Shown: piece after piece, positions 32,362 through 43,539 of the stretch | Numbering within the stretch: the first letter of the stretch is position 1 | How the letters are laid out: each line of letters opens with the position of its first letter | From: an uncultured Arthrobacter sp. | GTDB taxonomy: Bacteria; Actinomycetota; Actinomycetes; Actinomycetales; Micrococcaceae | Assembly: GCF_902805515.1 (NCBI RefSeq) | Contig: NZ_CADCTE010000066.1 | Span: 18,114 to 82,113 of the forward strand | Direction of reading: 5' to 3' | DNA: 64,000 bases | Translations under genes and position numbers: made by a program | The notes under the pieces: generated by a model | The model's input: the letters and a program-made list of their open reading frames with translations, nothing else | The model's database searches: none | Told to the model about the DNA's origin: nothing

Positions 32362-32865
32362 ATGGCCACCCTCACCCAGCAACGAAACCAGCAACGAATC
32401 CAGGAACACCCGGCCCGTGCCGCCGCACCGTGGGCCCTCCCGTCCTGCGCGGACCCACCGGAGCAGCCGCCGCCGGAGGCGCTGCTGCCGGAAGCGGAGG
32501 AGCGCGTCGGCGGCATCGCGCGCGCCGTGGCGCAGGGAGCCGTCGAGGTCCTCGGGGGCAGCCGCCCCGCCTCCCAGATGTCCCGGTGGCTCGATCCGGC
32601 CAGCTACGAGAAGCTGCACCTGCGCGCCTGCCTCATGCAGAAGGTCGCAGCCTCCGAAGCCACCGGCTCCTGCCCGGGCGGCGCCCTGGTGGACCGGCGG
32701 GCCTACCGCTGCGTGACGGTCCGCAGCGCGCGGCTGTGCCGCGTCTCCGAAACCGCCTTCGAGGCCGCCCTGGTCGTTCTGGACCGCAGGCGGGCACGCG
32801 CCGTCGCCCTGCGGGTCGAACACCGCCGCGGCGACTGGAAGGTCACCGCCCTGGAGATCGGCTGA
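32362..32865 (+). CDS. Rv3235 family protein
   Basis: AVEVLGGSRPASQMSRWL, RARAVALRVE..GDWKVTALEIG; next to secA as in other actinobacteria. Confidence 0.85.
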   Translation: MATLTQQRNQQRIQEHPARAAAPWALPSCADPPEQPPPEALLPEAEERVGGIARAVAQGAVEVLGGSRPASQMSRWLDPASYEKLHLRACLMQKVAASEATGSCPGGALVDRRAYRCVTVRSARLCRVSETAFEAALVVLDRRRARAVALRVEHRRGDWKVTALEIG

Positions 32866-32876
32866 GCTGCTTTTGG

Positions 32877-35609
<2,733 letters not shown>

Positions 35610-35699
35610 TGGTATCTGCTCCCAATCTAAGGCTGCCGAAAGATGGCGTGATCAGTCTACGGGAAGACGCTTTGTCTCCCGCTTTAGTTCCCGAACGGC

Positions 35700-36911
35700 T
35701 CAACGCCGCCCCAGCGCCGCGGAAAGCGGCGCCGCGAGGTCTCCCACGGGTTCGACGACGACCTGCTGCAGGCCGAGCCATCCGGCCATGGTACCCAGTT
35801 CAGCTGAGAGTTCGTCGGCGGTGTCCGCGGGCGCGCCCGGTTCGGCGTAGCTTCCGCGCACCAGCAGACGCCCGGTGGCCCGGTCGGCCTTGAGGTCCAC
35901 CCGGGCCGCCATCGTCTCTCCGAGCAGGAAGGGCAGGACGTAATACCCGTAGCGGCGTGCCGCCGCAGGAGTATAGATTTCGAGCCGGTAGTGGAAGCCG
36001 AAGAGCTCCTCGAGCCGCGGGCGGTCGAAGACGAGGGAGTCGAAAGGGCTCAGCAGCGCCCGCCCGGCGGCGCGGCGCGGGATTGCGGCGTCGCGGTGGA
36101 GGTAGGCCGGCCGGTTCCAGGAGCCCACCTGGGCGGGGGTGAGGACCCCCCTCCCCTCGAGGATCCGCACCGCCTCCGCGGTGTCGCGGACGGGGGTGCG
36201 GAAGTAGTCGGCGAAACTGCGCACTGTGCCGATGCCCAGCGCGGCGGCGGCGCGTTCGGTCAGGACAAGGATCGCCTCGCGCGGGTCGGCCTCCTCGGCT
36301 GCGAGGTCGGAGGTGGGCAGCACCCGGGCCGAGGGTGCGTACCGGCGTTCGAAGGATGAGGTCCGGCCGGCCGAGCTGATTTCCCCGCGGGCGAAGAGGT
36401 CCTCGAGGACGCGTTTGACCGCGCTCCAGTTCCATCCCCAGTTATCGGTGCTGCGCTGCTCCGAGTGGCCGAGGCGTTCCTGCACCTGTCCGGCGGTCAG
36501 CGCCCGGCTCGAGGCAAGGAGCGTGAGGATCCGTTCCTCCAGGGATGAGCGGAGCACCGGGTCCATCCCCGACGCTCCGCTCCAGGTGCGCCGCTGCCAG
36601 GGGCGCAGGTGCGGGAACAGGGCAGGGTCGATGAAGCTGGCCTCGTGCGCCCAGTACTCCGTCAGCCGGCGCGGATGCCTGCCGGCGAACCGATCGAGGA
36701 CCGCCGGGTCGTACGCGCCCAGCCGCGAGAAGACCGGAAGGTAGTGGGAGCGCACCAGCACGTTGACCGAATCGATCTGGAGCAGCTGCAGCCTATCGAG
36801 GATCCGGCCCACGGACCGCGCGGAGGGCGGAGCCGTGGGCCGGGTCTTGGCGAGTCCCTGGGCCAGCAGGGCTGCCCTGCGGGCCTGGGACAGGGTGAGG
36901 TGAACGGTCAT
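35700..36911 (-). CDS. YcaQ/AlkZ-like winged-helix (HTH_42) protein, putative crosslink-repair DNA glycosylase
   Basis: LQIDSVNVLVRSHYLPVFSRLG, EYWAHEAS, LSPFDSL, YRLEIYTP..RRYGYYVLPFL. Confidence 0.85.
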   Translation of the reverse strand: MTVHLTLSQARRAALLAQGLAKTRPTAPPSARSVGRILDRLQLLQIDSVNVLVRSHYLPVFSRLGAYDPAVLDRFAGRHPRRLTEYWAHEASFIDPALFPHLRPWQRRTWSGASGMDPVLRSSLEERILTLLASSRALTAGQVQERLGHSEQRSTDNWGWNWSAVKRVLEDLFARGEISSAGRTSSFERRYAPSARVLPTSDLAAEEADPREAILVLTERAAAALGIGTVRSFADYFRTPVRDTAEAVRILEGRGVLTPAQVGSWNRPAYLHRDAAIPRRAAGRALLSPFDSLVFDRPRLEELFGFHYRLEIYTPAAARRYGYYVLPFLLGETMAARVDLKADRATGRLLVRGSYAEPGAPADTADELSAELGTMAGWLGLQQVVVEPVGDLAAPLSAALGRR

Positions 36912-36946
36912 GGCCCTGCCGGGGGTAACGGACGGGCCGACGACGA

Positions 36947-36984
36947 GGCCCCGGACGCGCCGTTAGCGGCGCAGGTCCGGGGCC
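36947..36984. terminator. Hairpin downstream of hpf
   Basis: GGCCCCGGAC-GCGCCG-TTAG-CGGCGC-AG-GTCCGGGGCC stem with a 2-nt bulge, 19 bp past the hpf stop. Confidence 0.5.
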
Positions 36985-37002
36985 CGGAAGTGGGACGGGG
37001 TG

Positions 37003-37746
37003 TCACTGGGTTGCAGCGGCTTCCTTCGCCCGGTACGCCAGGAGCTCCTCCTGGGGGTCCTGCGTCCCTTCGGCGCACTTCGAATCGAGGGTGATGACTC
37101 CGTAGGTCCAGCCCTGGCGCCGGTAGACGACCGAGGGGGCACCGGTGGCAGAGTCGACGAAGAGGTAGAAGTCGTGGCCGACCAGTTCCATGTTGTCGAC
37201 GGCGTCATCGAGGGTGATCGGCTCTCCGGAGAAGACCTTCCGCCGGATGAGGACCGGTGAGTCCCCTGCCGGGACATCGTCCGGCGACTCGTAGGGATCA
37301 GTCGAGGCGGCGGGCGCCGTCGTTCCAGCCGTCGTTCCATTGGCGGAATCGTCCGCCAGCGCGGCGTAGATCGGCTGGGAGGTGCTGACGGGTTCGAGCC
37401 CGGCGGTGGCAGCGCCGACCGCGACGGGTGTGTGCCGTCCGTGGTGGACCTTGCGGCGGTCCCGCGCCCGGCGGAGGCGTTCGAGGAGTTTGTTGTAGGC
37501 GAGGTCGAAGGCGGCGAACTTGTCGCCGGCCGTGGCCTCGGCCCGGATGACCGGGCCCTTGCACAGTACCGTCAGTTCGACGGTGAGGGCCGTGTCGGCG
37601 TCCCTGGCACTTGTTTCCTTGGTGATCTTGGCATCCACCCGCTGGACCTTATCGCCGAGCTGTTCGATCTTGTCGACCTTCTCTGCGGCGTACTCGCGGA
37701 ACCGGTCCGATACTGCAAGGTTCCGGCCGTTAATCACAAATTCCAT
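37003..37746 (-). CDS. hpf: Ribosome hibernation promoting factor (long HPF/RaiA)
   Basis: MEFVINGRNLAVSDRFREYA, DKFAAFDLA, LIRRK...MELVGHDFYLF, VVYRRQGWTYGVI; ATG 37746. Confidence 0.93.
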   Translation of the reverse strand: MEFVINGRNLAVSDRFREYAAEKVDKIEQLGDKVQRVDAKITKETSARDADTALTVELTVLCKGPVIRAEATAGDKFAAFDLAYNKLLERLRRARDRRKVHHGRHTPVAVGAATAGLEPVSTSQPIYAALADDSANGTTAGTTAPAASTDPYESPDDVPAGDSPVLIRRKVFSGEPITLDDAVDNMELVGHDFYLFVDSATGAPSVVYRRQGWTYGVITLDSKCAEGTQDPQEELLAYRAKEAAATQ

Positions 37747-37870
37747 GGTGCCCTCCAAATCGCTAAGGTGACACAACAGCGGCCGGTCAGGCTGCCCCGG
37801 TCCGCTGCCGATGGGTGCTTGTCTGCTTTCTAACACCCATACCTCACGGTAGATCACGGCACCCCGTAAT

Positions 37871-38827
37871 TCATCCCTCCCCGCGCCGATTTCTCCGGAA
37901 TTCGCTGTAAGCCAACTCGGCTCCGGACGGCGGTGGCGTGGCCGCCAGGACGACGGCACCGGCCACCGCCGCGCCCTCGGCCCGCAGCGCCCTGACGACC
38001 TCCGCGAGGGTCGCTCCGGTGGTCAGGACGTCGTCCACGACGAGGCACTGCACCCCCTCCAGGCGGCCGCGGTACCGCCGCCGAACCCGCATCGACCCGG
38101 CGACGTTTTCCTGCCGGCCGCGCCGCCCCAGCCCCTTCTGCCCGCCCCGCCGCGCCGAGGGAAACCACGGGATGCCGGCGGGCCGTCCGCCCGCACGCAC
38201 CCCCGGATGCCGGTGCCCCACGGGCCGTGCAAGCCGGGACCCGGCAGGGAGCTCACCGCGGCGGCGGAGTCCGTCCAGCAGCAGGCCCAACGGGTCGTAG
38301 CCGCGCCGGCGCAGGGACCGGCCGCGGGTGGGGACGGGCACCAGCAGGCAGGGACCCGCCGGCAGGTCCGAGCATGCGGCGAGCAGGGCACCGCCGAGGG
38401 CCGCCGCGAGGGGGCGGGCCAGGTCGGTGTGGCCGGCATTCTTGAACGCCAGCAGGGCCCGGGCGACCACTCCCCGGTAGATTCCCGCGGCGACCACCGG
38501 CAGCGGCTCAAAGCCGCCTCCGGCATCGTCATCGCCCGGAGCGCCGGTGCCGCTTCCCGGTCCGTCGGGATCGCGCAGCGGGAGGGAACCGGCTCCGGCT
38601 TCGGCCCGGAAGGGACGCACCGTGGCCCGCCGGAGGGTCCGGCGGCACGGCCGACACAGGGAGGTGTCATGGCGGCCGCATCCCACGCAGGAGGTCGGCA
38701 GGATCAGTGCCCAGAAACCCCGAAGGGCGCGGCCGGCCGCGGCCGGGACGCCACCGCCCCTGCTGCAGTCGATGCCGCCGCCGGGCACCGCGCCGGCTTC
38801 CGGGAGTACGCGGACCGGGTGAGCCAT
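37871..38827 (-). CDS. comF: ComF family phosphoribosyltransferase-like protein
   Basis: CVGC..LCRPC Zn motif, LVPVP..RRRGYD, CLVVDDVLTTGATL; conserved lpqB-comF-hpf order. Confidence 0.88.
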   Translation of the reverse strand: MAHPVRVLPEAGAVPGGGIDCSRGGGVPAAAGRALRGFWALILPTSCVGCGRHDTSLCRPCRRTLRRATVRPFRAEAGAGSLPLRDPDGPGSGTGAPGDDDAGGGFEPLPVVAAGIYRGVVARALLAFKNAGHTDLARPLAAALGGALLAACSDLPAGPCLLVPVPTRGRSLRRRGYDPLGLLLDGLRRRGELPAGSRLARPVGHRHPGVRAGGRPAGIPWFPSARRGGQKGLGRRGRQENVAGSMRVRRRYRGRLEGVQCLVVDDVLTTGATLAEVVRALRAEGAAVAGAVVLAATPPPSGAELAYSEFRRNRRGEG

Positions 38828-38876
38828 GCCTTAAGGGTGCCGCGGAGGCTGGGGATGCCGGGGCACCGGCGTGCGG

Positions 38877-38965
38877 TGTGGATAAGGGGCGGTGTGGATA
38901 AGGGGCTGTGTGGATAAGGGGCTGTGGGGATAAGGGCTGTGTGGATAAGGGTGCAGTGTGGAACC
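38877..38965 (-). repeat. Tandem array of DnaA-box 9-mers (about 16-bp period)
   Basis: + strand TGTGGATAA at 38877, 38893, 38909, 38940; TGGGGATAA at 38925; TGTGGAACC at 38957. Reads TTATCCACA on the comF strand. Confidence 0.85.
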
Positions 38966-39078
38966 CGGGGAGCGCGGACCACCCGGCAGGGCGCGCGGAG
39001 CGCGTAGCCGGGCGGTGCCGCCAGCTCCCGTCAGGCGGCGCGCGGCGCGGCGCGGCGGCGGGAGCGGCCCTCTCGGCA

Positions 39079-40809
39079 TCAGCCGGGGAAGGCCGGGTCC
39101 CGTACCCCTTCGACGCTGCGGATCCAGCTCAGTCCCACCCTGGCAAAGAGCGCCTCCGCGGTCTGAATGTAGAAGTCTTCCTGCGGATCGCTTCCGGCGC
39201 TGATGTTCAGCACACCCTTGTGCGGCTTAAGGGCCTCGGTCTCCCCGCTGAGCTGGACGATCAGGGGCGTCACCTCGGCCGTCTCCGAGACCGGGGAGGC
39301 GACGATGGTGCTCTCCCCCGCCCACTTGGCGGTGCCGATGTCCGCGCCCGCGTTGAGGGCAATCGGGGTCCCCAGGCTCTGCGGAATGCCCTGGGCGCTG
39401 CGCGTGATGCCGGCGAGCAGCACCTCGGAGGCCCCGGCCTCATCGACGACGAGGAGGGCGCGGGCGCCGTCCCGGGAGATCTGGAGCTCCCTGACCGTGC
39501 GGTCTGCGAGCCACGACGCGGAGACGACGACCGCATTGCGCGTCACCCCGCCCGGAGGCACCGCGACCACCTCGGTGCCGCGGCCGCTCGGGCCGCCCTC
39601 CACGCTGCGTGCGGTCCACACCCAGTTGCTGGTGTCGAAGCTGGGGGCGGTGAGACCGGTGCCTTCGACGGCGGTGCGGACCTCGCTGCCCGGGGCGGTG
39701 GCCAGCAGCGCCGTGGACCGGCCGTTCAGGAACGCGAAGTTGCTCCCCTCGAGGGACCGCGCCGGGTCCTTCGGGCTGTAGTCGGCCACCGAGGGCAGCC
39801 CCTCGACCGGGAGCACATCGAGGTTCCGTACGGTGCGCACCTCATTGTCCGCGATGACCACCTGCTCATTGCCCACCGGGGGGTTGAAGTCTGGAATCAC
39901 GAGGGCCGGGTCGGGGCTGCCGAGGTCGATCGGCTGGCCGGCGCTCATCTCCACGGAGGTGACGTCGTTGAGCGTGGTGAGGTTCACCCGCAGCTGCTGC
40001 TCCATCTGCTGGAGACGGAGGTCCGTAGCGTCCTGAAGGACGTCGGCGGACAGTTCGACGGAGGCCACCCCTGAGGCGATCGGCACCGATTCCTGTGCGA
40101 GGGTGACCCCCTCGGGGAAGGCGCTGGTGACAGCACCCTGGAGGTAGGGGGCGGGGCCGGCGAGCAGGGCCTGCACCACCCGGGCGGCGATGCCGGGGCG
40201 GCGGACGAACCAGCGGACGTCGGGCACCCAGTACCGGTAGCCGCTGCTGTAGAAGTAGAGGTGGTGCGCGGTGGCCAGCAGGGAGGCGTTGCTTTCGGTG
40301 ACCATGATCCCGTTGGGGATTTCACTGATGCGCCACTGCCCGTTGACCTTCACCATTTCGGCGCGGACGCTTTCGGTGGTCGGAGTCGGCGGGTCGGTGC
40401 GGATGCCCCGGGCGTCAATGATTCCGGTGATCTCGAGCTGCACCTGCAGCGCGCCCTCGGCCTCGCGCTGGATGATCCTCGGGTCGGCCCGGAAGATTAC
40501 GATCCGTTCCTCGGGCTGCCACGTCCGGGCCAGCTCCGGGGTCAGGAATTCCCGGGCCACCTTGTACCCGTCGGCGGCGCCGGTGCCCGCCGTGATGAAC
40601 TCCTGGAGGAGCACCTCGGGCGGCGCGCCCGGCTGCGGGCCTTCGGGTGAGAAGACCTGGGACACGGTGTCCTCCTCGACCGCGGGCGCGGGAATGGTGG
40701 CCACCGGTCCGCTCCGGGGAATGGAGGAGCAGCCGGAGAGGATCAGGAGCAAGGCAACGACCGCGGCGATGAAGGAGCCCCGCGTTCCGGCGGGCCTACT
40801 GGATTTCAC
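39079..40809 (-). CDS. lpqB: Lipoprotein LpqB (GerMN and beta-propeller domains)
   Basis: Lipobox LSGC, SSIPRSGPV, WVPDVRWF, ISRDGARAL; downstream of mtrB. Confidence 0.92.
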   Translation of the reverse strand: MKSSRPAGTRGSFIAAVVALLLILSGCSSIPRSGPVATIPAPAVEEDTVSQVFSPEGPQPGAPPEVLLQEFITAGTGAADGYKVAREFLTPELARTWQPEERIVIFRADPRIIQREAEGALQVQLEITGIIDARGIRTDPPTPTTESVRAEMVKVNGQWRISEIPNGIMVTESNASLLATAHHLYFYSSGYRYWVPDVRWFVRRPGIAARVVQALLAGPAPYLQGAVTSAFPEGVTLAQESVPIASGVASVELSADVLQDATDLRLQQMEQQLRVNLTTLNDVTSVEMSAGQPIDLGSPDPALVIPDFNPPVGNEQVVIADNEVRTVRNLDVLPVEGLPSVADYSPKDPARSLEGSNFAFLNGRSTALLATAPGSEVRTAVEGTGLTAPSFDTSNWVWTARSVEGGPSGRGTEVVAVPPGGVTRNAVVVSASWLADRTVRELQISRDGARALLVVDEAGASEVLLAGITRSAQGIPQSLGTPIALNAGADIGTAKWAGESTIVASPVSETAEVTPLIVQLSGETEALKPHKGVLNISAGSDPQEDFYIQTAEALFARVGLSWIRSVEGVRDPAFPG

Positions 40810-42652
40810 TTTTCTCCTTCAGCTGCGGGTCGGGGGTGCCGGCCCCGGCCGCGGGCCGGACGTCGGTAGGCACAGCGCCCGAAGGTCCGGCGGGCGGGAC
40901 GTCGGTGGGCGGGGCGTCGGTAGGCACAGTGCCCGAAGGACCGGCGGACGGCACATCGGCGGGCGGGGCGTCGGCGGGTGCGGCGCCCGATGGCCCTGCG
41001 GCGAGCGGCAGCGGCAGCCGGTCGCGCGGCGGCAGGGGCAGCGGGGAGACTTTCAACTCGCCGCCGCGCTGCTTGGGCAGGGTAAGCCGGAAGCAGGATC
41101 CGTTACCCGGCTCGCCCCATGCCTGGAGCCAGGCCGAGTGCAGGCGTGCGTCTTCGACGGCGATGGACAGCCCCAGCCCGCTTCCGCCCGTGGTGCGGGC
41201 GCGGGCGGGGTCCGCCCGCCAGAAGCGGTCAAAGACCCTCGAGGCCTCATCCTCGCTCATACCGATGCCGTAGTCGCGCACCGCGACGGCGACCGCGTCG
41301 GGGTTCGAGGCGATATAGATGTGGACGGGTTTCCCCTTGCCGTGCTCGAGCGCATTGACGACCAGATTGCGCAGGATCCGCCCGATCCGGCGGGGGTCGG
41401 CGTCGACGATGCAGCTGCTCTCGGACGAGACGATGCGCAGGTCCGAGCCGAAGTTGTCGGCCAGCGGCTGGGCCCCGTCGACGACGTGCTTCACCACCTG
41501 GAAGAGGTCGGTGGGCTCGGACTCAAGCACCGCCGCGCCGGCGTCGAAGCGGGAAATTTCGAGGAGGTCAGCCAGCAGTGACTGGAACCGTTCCACCTGG
41601 TCGTAGAGAATTTCCGCGGACCGCTTGTTCACGGGGTCGAAGTCGGTCCGCGCCTCGTGGAGCACCTCGGCGGCCATCCGGACCGTCGTCAACGGGGTCC
41701 GCAGTTCGTGGGAGACGTCCGAGACGAACCGCTGCTGCATCTGGGACAGCTGCGCCAGCTGGGTGATCTGGTCCTGGAGGCTGGTGGCCATGTGGTTGAA
41801 GGACGCACCGAGCCGGGCGACCTCATCCTCGCCGCGGACCTCCATCCGCTCCTGCAGCTCGCCGGCGGCCAGCTTCTCCGAGACGAGGGCGGCATGGCTG
41901 ACGGGCCGGACGACGCTGCGTGTCACGAACCAGGCGATCGCCCCGATGATCCCCAGCAGCACCGTCCCGGCGATCCACAGCACGCGGTGGATGTAGTCGA
42001 GGGTCAGCTGCATGGAGGAGAGGTCGTAGATGATGTAGACGGCGTAGGTGGTGCTGTCCGGGGGCAGGGTGACCTTGGTGGCGAAGGCGACCCCCGGCGC
42101 CTGCAGGCCGCCGGTCGCTTCTGAGCGGGGAATCGTGATCGGGGCCCAGTACTGGTCCTCGCCCTCCGCGACGGCGGCGCTGAGCTCGGGCGGGATGAGT
42201 GCGGACTCCGTCATCGCCTTATGGCTGGCCAGGGCCGGAACCCAGTAGCCCTGCTGGCCGGGCAGCGGGCTGAGCAGCCACTGCCGAGGGGCGTCGGCGC
42301 CGGGGGCCCCGAGCCGGTCGAGGGTGTCACGGGCCAGCCGGTCCGTCGAGTCCCGGTCGGCGGCCGTGGTGTCCCTAAAGATTTCCTTGATCTCGCCCAG
42401 GCCGTAGCTCGCCTCGCCCTGGAACTGCCCGAACCGCTCCTTGTACAGGCCGTTGGCGATCTGGTTGGACAGGAAGCCCCCCACCGCCACGAGGGCGAGG
42501 GAGGTCAGCAGCAGCGTCGCGACGACCGTGCGGAACTGCAGGGAACGGCGCCAGCGGCCGGCGATGAAGGACGCCGCCCGGCGGGCCTGCCGCAGCCCCC
42601 GTCCGGCGCCCTGGATCGCCGCTTCGACGGCGCGGGCTGCCCGGGTGTTCAC
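40796..42652 (-). CDS. mtrB: Sensor histidine kinase MtrB
   Basis: WRRSLQFR, two TM helices, HAMP, FVSDVSHELRTPLTT, FDRFWRADPARARTTGGSGLGL; Pro-rich repeat tail. Confidence 0.95.
   Translation of the reverse strand: MNTRAARAVEAAIQGAGRGLRQARRAASFIAGRWRRSLQFRTVVATLLLTSLALVAVGGFLSNQIANGLYKERFGQFQGEASYGLGEIKEIFRDTTAADRDSTDRLARDTLDRLGAPGADAPRQWLLSPLPGQQGYWVPALASHKAMTESALIPPELSAAVAEGEDQYWAPITIPRSEATGGLQAPGVAFATKVTLPPDSTTYAVYIIYDLSSMQLTLDYIHRVLWIAGTVLLGIIGAIAWFVTRSVVRPVSHAALVSEKLAAGELQERMEVRGEDEVARLGASFNHMATSLQDQITQLAQLSQMQQRFVSDVSHELRTPLTTVRMAAEVLHEARTDFDPVNKRSAEILYDQVERFQSLLADLLEISRFDAGAAVLESEPTDLFQVVKHVVDGAQPLADNFGSDLRIVSSESSCIVDADPRRIGRILRNLVVNALEHGKGKPVHIYIASNPDAVAVAVRDYGIGMSEDEASRVFDRFWRADPARARTTGGSGLGLSIAVEDARLHSAWLQAWGEPGNGSCFRLTLPKQRGGELKVSPLPLPPRDRLPLPLAAGPSGAAPADAPPADVPSAGPSGTVPTDAPPTDVPPAGPSGAVPTDVRPAAGAGTPDPQLKEKSEIQ
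40861..41000 (-). repeat. About three imperfect 54-bp (18-aa) tandem repeats in the MtrB C-terminal tail
   Basis: CGTCGG(T/C)(A/G)GG anchors at 40861, 40915, 40969; peptide AGPSG(A/T)(A/V)P(A/T)D(A/V).. Confidence 0.8.
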
Positions 42653-42653
42653 C

Positions 42654-43331
42654 TCAGCCTTGACCTGCCTTATATCCGACGCCGCGGACCGTCAGGATAA
42701 TCTCGGGTGCCTCGGGGTCGCGTTCGATCTTCGAGCGCAGCCGCTGCACATGGACGTTGACCAGCCGGGTGTCCGCGGCGTGGCGGTAGCCCCAGACCTG
42801 CTCAAGGAGCAGTTCCCGGGTGAAGACCTGCCACGGCTTGCGGGCCAGGGCCACGAGCAGGTCGAATTCGAGCGGAGTCAGCGAGACCTTGTCGTTGCCG
42901 CGGGTCACCGAGTGTCCGGCGACGTCGATGGAGACCTCGCCGATCCTCAGCGTCTCCGGCGCCCGCGTGTCACCGGGGCGCAGCCGGGCGCGCACGCGCG
43001 CTACGAGTTCGGCCGGCTTGAACGGCTTGGGCACGTAGTCGTCGGCACCGGATTCGAGGCCGCGCACGACGTCGGAGGTGTCGGACTTGGCGGTCAGCAT
43101 CACGATGGGGACATCCGATTCGGCCCGGATCTGCCGGCACACCTCGATACCGTCGAGGCCCGGAAGCATGAGGTCGAGCAGCACGAGGTCCGGCTGGGCC
43201 GACCGGAACACCCCGAGCGCCGCGGCGCCGTCCGCGCAGAACACCGGGTCGAACCCGTCGTTGCGCAGCACAATGCCGATCATCTCGGAAAGGGCTTCGT
43301 CGTCGTCAATCACCAGGATGCGTGCCTTCAT
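42654..43331 (-). CDS. mtrA: Response regulator MtrA (OmpR family)
   Basis: VLLDLMLPG, MLTAKSDTSDVVRGLESGADDY, WGYRHAADTRLVNVHVQRLRSKIERDPE. Confidence 0.96.
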   Translation of the reverse strand: MKARILVIDDDEALSEMIGIVLRNDGFDPVFCADGAAALGVFRSAQPDLVLLDLMLPGLDGIEVCRQIRAESDVPIVMLTAKSDTSDVVRGLESGADDYVPKPFKPAELVARVRARLRPGDTRAPETLRIGEVSIDVAGHSVTRGNDKVSLTPLEFDLLVALARKPWQVFTRELLLEQVWGYRHAADTRLVNVHVQRLRSKIERDPEAPEIILTVRGVGYKAGQG

Positions 43332-43539
43332 GCCTCAATAGTCTCCCATCCGGTCTCCAATGTCCCATTGGGCACTTCCTCCGCGTGCCGCAGCGGATCG
43401 GGCGGCATCGGCGGGACGTTTCACGCTCCGCCGGGCCCGAGGGAAACACCAGCGTGTCCGCCTACTGCCCTCGGGAGGCACCGGTGATTATAGTTCAACG
43501 TGAACAGACCGCACCGGCGCCCGCTTCGAGAAGGACAGC

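Noticed and set aside
38877-38965. Array read as a CRISPR array or as oriC
   Set aside because: The 16-bp period leaves no unique spacers and there are no cas genes; there is no dnaA/dnaN context or AT-rich unwinding element for an origin.
39035-39060. CGCGG simple repeats after lpqB
   Set aside because: Low-complexity GC run expected at this base composition.
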